Below, piece by piece: positions 59,865-64,000 of a DNA stretch of 64,000 bases. The stretch covers positions 1 to 64,000 of the forward strand of contig JAVLKG010000011.1 of assembly GCA_032128875.1 (NCBI GenBank), in the 5' to 3' direction. The DNA comes from Candidatus Melainabacteria bacterium 17Bon1m. GTDB taxonomy: Bacteria > Cyanobacteriota > Vampirovibrionia > Obscuribacterales > Obscuribacteraceae. The position numbers were made by a program, and so were the translations under genes. A model generated the notes under the pieces. That model saw only the letters and a list, made by a program, of their open reading frames with translations, made no database searches and had not been told where the DNA came from. Every line of letters begins with the position of its first letter. Position 1 is the stretch's first letter.

Positions 59865-61028
59865 CTAAGCCCTGAGCGCCTCTAGCGCCAGAATACTTGA
59901 ATTTTGCTCAACTTCGTAAGGGACCAGGTGTTCCCCATGACCCAGGCTTGCACCGTGTTTAGCTAGATATGAAAGGCATAGCGCTTCGGTTGCCAAGTGA
60001 ATTAAGGTGGGTTCCACCGAACCAGTTAACAAGACGATATTGGCAGGGTTGCCATCAGCCACGACATAAATCCGTTTTTCAGAGTCCGGACCGGCAGCAT
60101 CATGCAAGTGAAAACGTTGCGTTTTGAGCTCCAAATCGTCCACTTTTGTCGCCAATTTGCGCAGAGCATTCATGTCCAATTCTTCAGGCCAGTGCCCGAC
60201 GTTTAGGAAAATGGCGCCGTCTTTTGCCGCTTGCCAGTGGGTTTCACCGATGATTTGCCGTTTGCCTGTGGCAGTAACTACGACGTCTGCATTTCGCAAA
60301 GAGGTAAGCAAATCGTTGACTGAAAAGCCGTCGAAATGTGCGATCAAGCGTCGCACAGGATCGCTGTCCACAACATTGACGATGCCGCCTTCTTTCCTCA
60401 GGTGATATGCGACCCCTGAGCCTACGGCGCCATAACCGACCACAACTGAATTAAGCCCGGCAAGCGAACGCCCGGTCAGGCGCCGCATAAGGTCGACTAC
60501 GCCATCGCCCACGCCATGGTAGTTTTCAATTCGCGCCTTTAGGAGCCCGCCATTGATGTTGATAACAGGCAGCGACAAGTCTTTGATCATGCGCAGCTTT
60601 TCGATACCACTGGTGGTGATTTCTGATGCCGCAATTACTGATTTCGGACGTTCAGCCTGCGGCATTGAGAGATATTTGTCTATCATTACAAAGCCTGTAT
60701 CCGTGAGCAATTGCGGGGATTCTGCAAGGACCTTTTCGGCAGATGACTCGCCGACAAAGACCTGAGCACCGAGCGCTCTTATTGCATTAACGGCATCATC
60801 ATCCGTGGTGGCAGGATTTACTTCGCTAAGAAATAGCTGTGCTCCGCCTTCGACCAGTGCTTCTGCCGTAAGCAGCGTCAATTGCGTAAGATGGCAATGC
60901 CAGCCAATCTTGACGCCATTGAGGGTTCCATTCTGCTTGAGATGCTTTCCCAATTTTTCCATCAATGGAAAGAGTTCCATCAATTCCGGCAATTTTTCGC
61001 TCTTCTCTTTTTCTTTTTGACTCTGCAT
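59865..61028 (-). CDS. Divergent adenosylhomocysteinase (AhcY)-like protein
   Basis: HCHLT, NPATTDD, SEITTSG, KARIENYHG, GYGAVGSG, VTATG, NVGH..ELD; several catalytic positions altered. Confidence 0.8.
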   Translation of the reverse strand: MQSQKEKEKSEKLPELMELFPLMEKLGKHLKQNGTLNGVKIGWHCHLTQLTLLTAEALVEGGAQLFLSEVNPATTDDDAVNAIRALGAQVFVGESSAEKVLAESPQLLTDTGFVMIDKYLSMPQAERPKSVIAASEITTSGIEKLRMIKDLSLPVININGGLLKARIENYHGVGDGVVDLMRRLTGRSLAGLNSVVVGYGAVGSGVAYHLRKEGGIVNVVDSDPVRRLIAHFDGFSVNDLLTSLRNADVVVTATGKRQIIGETHWQAAKDGAIFLNVGHWPEELDMNALRKLATKVDDLELKTQRFHLHDAAGPDSEKRIYVVADGNPANIVLLTGSVEPTLIHLATEALCLSYLAKHGASLGHGEHLVPYEVEQNSSILALEALRA

Positions 61029-61056
61029 GTCGCCGTCCTTTACTTGCCGTTTTGCC

Positions 61057-61686
61057 TCACAGCCCGAGCACTTTCATGCCGGAGCGCCTTAGAAGATCAA
61101 CTGCTCTAGACACAGGCAGACCGATTACGTTGGAATCACTGCCGTCTACTTTGCTTACCAGAAATGCGCCTGTCCCTTGCAATGCATAAGCGCCGGCTTT
61201 GTCCATCGGCTCTTGCGTGTCTACATAAGCCTCGATTTCAGAGAGCTCGAGAGGGCGGAATGTGACGTAGGAAGTCTCCACAGCAGTTATGACGCTCTTC
61301 TTGATGCCGCCATTTTCGCTGGTTTTCTCCGCACAAAAAACAACGACTCCTGTGTGAACCATGTGCGTTTGCCCAGAAAGACTTTCAAGCATCTCAATCG
61401 CTTCTTTTCGGTCGCTCGGCTTGCCCAAGAGCTTTCCTTCGTAAGCAACGAGCGTGTCGGCGGCCAATATAAGGAATGGACCCTCTTCCGTTTCAATTCG
61501 CTTGCGAAGCTTCTCGAGAACGTCCTGCCCCTTTTGTTCGGCGATTGATAGGACAACCTCCTCAGGCGAGAGACCGGGCTGCACAACTTCATCTTTGTCG
61601 CTGGGTACGACCTCGAATTGCAATCCTAGTTTTTTAAGTAGGTCGATTCGTCTTGGCGATTGCGACGCCAGTATCAGTTGGCTCAC
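61057..61686 (-). CDS. maf: Maf nucleoside triphosphate pyrophosphatase (YhdE type)
   Basis: LILASQSPRR, AADT, LGKP, LSGQTH, DKAGAYALQG, NVIGLP. Confidence 0.95.
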   Translation of the reverse strand: MSQLILASQSPRRIDLLKKLGLQFEVVPSDKDEVVQPGLSPEEVVLSIAEQKGQDVLEKLRKRIETEEGPFLILAADTLVAYEGKLLGKPSDRKEAIEMLESLSGQTHMVHTGVVVFCAEKTSENGGIKKSVITAVETSYVTFRPLELSEIEAYVDTQEPMDKAGAYALQGTGAFLVSKVDGSDSNVIGLPVSRAVDLLRRSGMKVLGL

Positions 61687-61734
61687 TTGTTTCCTCTGTC
61701 TGTTTTCAACAAATTCAAATTATATTGACGCTAC

Positions 61735-63795
61735 TTAGCCTTCTATTTGAAAGCACTGAATTCGGCGATTGCCTTTGTCGGCGATGTATATAGTGTTGCT
61801 TTCCGTATCGATGCTTACGTCTGATGGCGCCAGCAACTGTCCATCTTCTGAGCCCTTTTGACCAATGATGTAGAGAAAATCTCCAGTCGGACTGAATACT
61901 TGCACCCTGTGATTGAGCGAATCCAGGACATATATTTTGTCGTTTTGGTCGACTGCTACTGCGCGCGGAACATTGAATTGTCCAGGCGCGGAGCCCTTTT
62001 CACCAAAACAGCGTACAAGAACGCCGGCTTTGTTGAAGACGCTGACGCGAGAAAGTCCATAATCGACACAGTAAATCTGATTGAGCCTGTCCACAGCAAG
62101 TCCGCACGGCAACTGCATCTGTCCGGGGAGGTTTCCTTTCGAGCCGAGCTTTCTCAACCACGTGCCCATATCCGCCTGGAAGACTTGAATGCAGCCGTTG
62201 ACTGCGTCCGCTGCATAAATGATGCCGGTAGAGTCAATGGTAACTCCGGTCAAGCCGGACTCGTTTCCATGCACGTTTTTGAAATCTCGAGTGAATACGC
62301 CGGATGCATCGAAGACACGGATGAAGTGGTCGTTCGCATCAGTGACATAAATGCGGCCTCTGCCGTCGAATGCAAGCCCTGAAGGTTTGGTGACACTGCC
62401 ACCGCGTGTGGCTGAGTTTTTCGCGTCTGGTAATTGAGCCAAATCACCTGACCAGCGCCCTTCTTTGGAGAAGACCGAAAGCTTACGCGAGCCTACGTCG
62501 GCAACTACCAAACGACCAGACCAGAAGGCCAGGTGCGCCGGATCCGTGAATGGAATTTGCTCTTTTCCGCGGGTTGTAATCGAACGAATGAATTTGCCTT
62601 TTGTCGTGGACGCGCCTGAGAGTGAGCGCGATGCAGGAGATGCATAGGACTCTGTCTGGCGTTTGGGATCGAACGAACTTCCTGGTGCATTGACCGAGCG
62701 AAATTCTGATGACGTGCCCCAAGAGCTCGCAGAAGACGAGGACGGTGAATGCTGGCCGTCAGATATCTCCGGATAGTTGATCGCTTGAGGCGAGGGCTGA
62801 AAAGGCTGCATTGCAGGGTTTGCAGAAGTCTCCGCGGCAGATAGGTTAGACCTGTGAAAAGGGGGGTCCTCGTAGCCTGGCGGTCTGTAATTGGCCGGAA
62901 GTGCATCGAGATTTTCGGCGGTTTTTTGTCCGACACTCAAATTGCGCTGTGATGAGCCCGTTTTATCACTAAGGCTCGATGCGAAGTCGCGCGCGAAATC
63001 TTTGATGCTGCGATAGCGTTCGCGTGCTCTTTTGCGCATTGCTTTGGCAACGCACGCTGAAGTTTCTACACCAATGCCCGGGTTGTGAATATGCAGCGGC
63101 TTCTCTTCTTTAGAAACGATTTTGACGATGGTGGCGGCAATACCTTCGCCGGAAAATGGAATTTGCTTTGACAGCGCTTCATAGCTGACAACGCCGAGTG
63201 AAAAAATATCGGCGCGATGGTCGACGTTTTTAGCGTCTTGTAATTGTTCGGGAGAAACATATGCCAGCGTTCCCAGCATGACGCCGGTTTTTGTCAGTTT
63301 GGTCTCCTCGAAGTCCACTGCGCGTGCAATTCCGAAGTCGGTAATTTTGACGCGTCCATCCTTCAATATAAATATGTTGTCGGGCTTCACGTCGCGATGC
63401 ACTACATTCATCGTGTGCGCGAAGTCCAGACCTTCGGAGACCTGGCTCAGCAAGGGCCAGAACTCCTGTGGCGTCATCGGCTCTTTGCGCGCCTCTAGCT
63501 CACTCTTGAGGCTGTGCCCCTCGAGAAATTCCATCACATAGTAATACTTGCCTTCTTCCACTTCGACATCGAAAACCTCGACGATATTCTTGTGGCTCAA
63601 GCGCTTAATAGTGACTGCTTCTCGTCTGAATCGGTCGCGAAACTCCCGCATTTTTTCAGGAGAGATGTTTTCCATGACCAATTGTTTGATCGCGACAAGG
63701 CGATTTTCTTTTGGGTCGTAAGCCTGATAGACGATGCCCATCCCCCCGCGACCTATTTCGGAGAGGATTTTGTATCGGCCGAAGTCCGGCGTCAT
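61735..63795 (-). CDS. Hanks-type Ser/Thr kinase with C-terminal NHL repeats
   Basis: GRGGMG, VAIK, HRDVKPDN, DFG, SPEQ; NHL repeats such as GQFNVPRAVAVDQNDKIYVLDSLNHRVQVF. Confidence 0.95.
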   Translation of the reverse strand: MTPDFGRYKILSEIGRGGMGIVYQAYDPKENRLVAIKQLVMENISPEKMREFRDRFRREAVTIKRLSHKNIVEVFDVEVEEGKYYYVMEFLEGHSLKSELEARKEPMTPQEFWPLLSQVSEGLDFAHTMNVVHRDVKPDNIFILKDGRVKITDFGIARAVDFEETKLTKTGVMLGTLAYVSPEQLQDAKNVDHRADIFSLGVVSYEALSKQIPFSGEGIAATIVKIVSKEEKPLHIHNPGIGVETSACVAKAMRKRARERYRSIKDFARDFASSLSDKTGSSQRNLSVGQKTAENLDALPANYRPPGYEDPPFHRSNLSAAETSANPAMQPFQPSPQAINYPEISDGQHSPSSSSASSWGTSSEFRSVNAPGSSFDPKRQTESYASPASRSLSGASTTKGKFIRSITTRGKEQIPFTDPAHLAFWSGRLVVADVGSRKLSVFSKEGRWSGDLAQLPDAKNSATRGGSVTKPSGLAFDGRGRIYVTDANDHFIRVFDASGVFTRDFKNVHGNESGLTGVTIDSTGIIYAADAVNGCIQVFQADMGTWLRKLGSKGNLPGQMQLPCGLAVDRLNQIYCVDYGLSRVSVFNKAGVLVRCFGEKGSAPGQFNVPRAVAVDQNDKIYVLDSLNHRVQVFSPTGDFLYIIGQKGSEDGQLLAPSDVSIDTESNTIYIADKGNRRIQCFQIEG

Positions 63796-63805
63796 TTACG
63801 CGTCC

Positions 63806-64000
63806 CTACTCAACAGAGAAAACCATTTCGGTTTTGCCGAAGGTCAACTTATCGCCAGGGAAGATTTGCTTGCGCTCCTGAAGCACTTCGCCGTTGAGCA
63901 GCGTGCCGTTTGTAGAGCCTAGATCTTCCACCCAATAACCACCTTGCATCTGCAAGACCCAGGCGTGGTGCCGGGAAACGTAGTGATCGGTAGTTATGGA
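63806..64000 (-). CDS. FHA-domain protein (3' part, truncated by the window edge)
   Basis: Manual translation SITTDHYVSRHHAWV...EDLGSTNGTLLNG...FSVE-stop; SRxH and DLGSTNGT are FHA signatures. Confidence 0.88.
   Translation of the reverse strand, partial: SITTDHYVSRHHAWVLQMQGGYWVEDLGSTNGTLLNGEVLQERKQIFPGDKLTFGKTEMVFSVE

Overview
Gene-dense bacterial chromosomal window. The many TPR and signal-peptide hypotheticals, Hanks kinase plus FHA gene, ARC6-IMS-like domain and absence of photosynthesis genes suggest a non-photosynthetic cyanobacterial relative (Vampirovibrionia/Obscuribacterales-like); this is inference only. Core genes include lepA, hemL, metH, a bifunctional homocysteine methyltransferase/MTHFR, cystathionine beta-synthase with a gamma-lyase/synthase, a methylmalonyl-CoA mutase large subunit, maf, pstS, an NCS2 permease, sugar-nucleotide enzymes and two-component proteins. 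The standout locus is 39915-46473 (minus strand). A DUF692/MNIO (multinuclear non-heme iron oxidative enzyme) resembling the chryseobasin enzyme ChrH, with a translationally coupled 80-aa ORF, lies directly downstream of five paralogous 316-345 aa signal-peptide proteins that all end in C-G-(M/R)-G-stop. One ends in the exact ChrA core motif CPACGMG; three carry an expanded C-G-H-x-x-W-W-x(10-12)-CGMG tail. This looks like RiPP-type Cys chemistry applied to the C-termini of full-size exported proteins. Also notable: a probable polymorphic toxin (C39/papain-like tip) with a candidate immunity gene, a 7-unit REP-like hairpin array with dispersed relatives, a histidine kinase lacking its H-box His, an AhcY-like protein with altered catalytic motifs, and two proteins with C-x-x-G-V-C tails. 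No tRNA, rRNA, CRISPR array or transposase was recognised. Family calls come from visual motif recognition; no searches were run.
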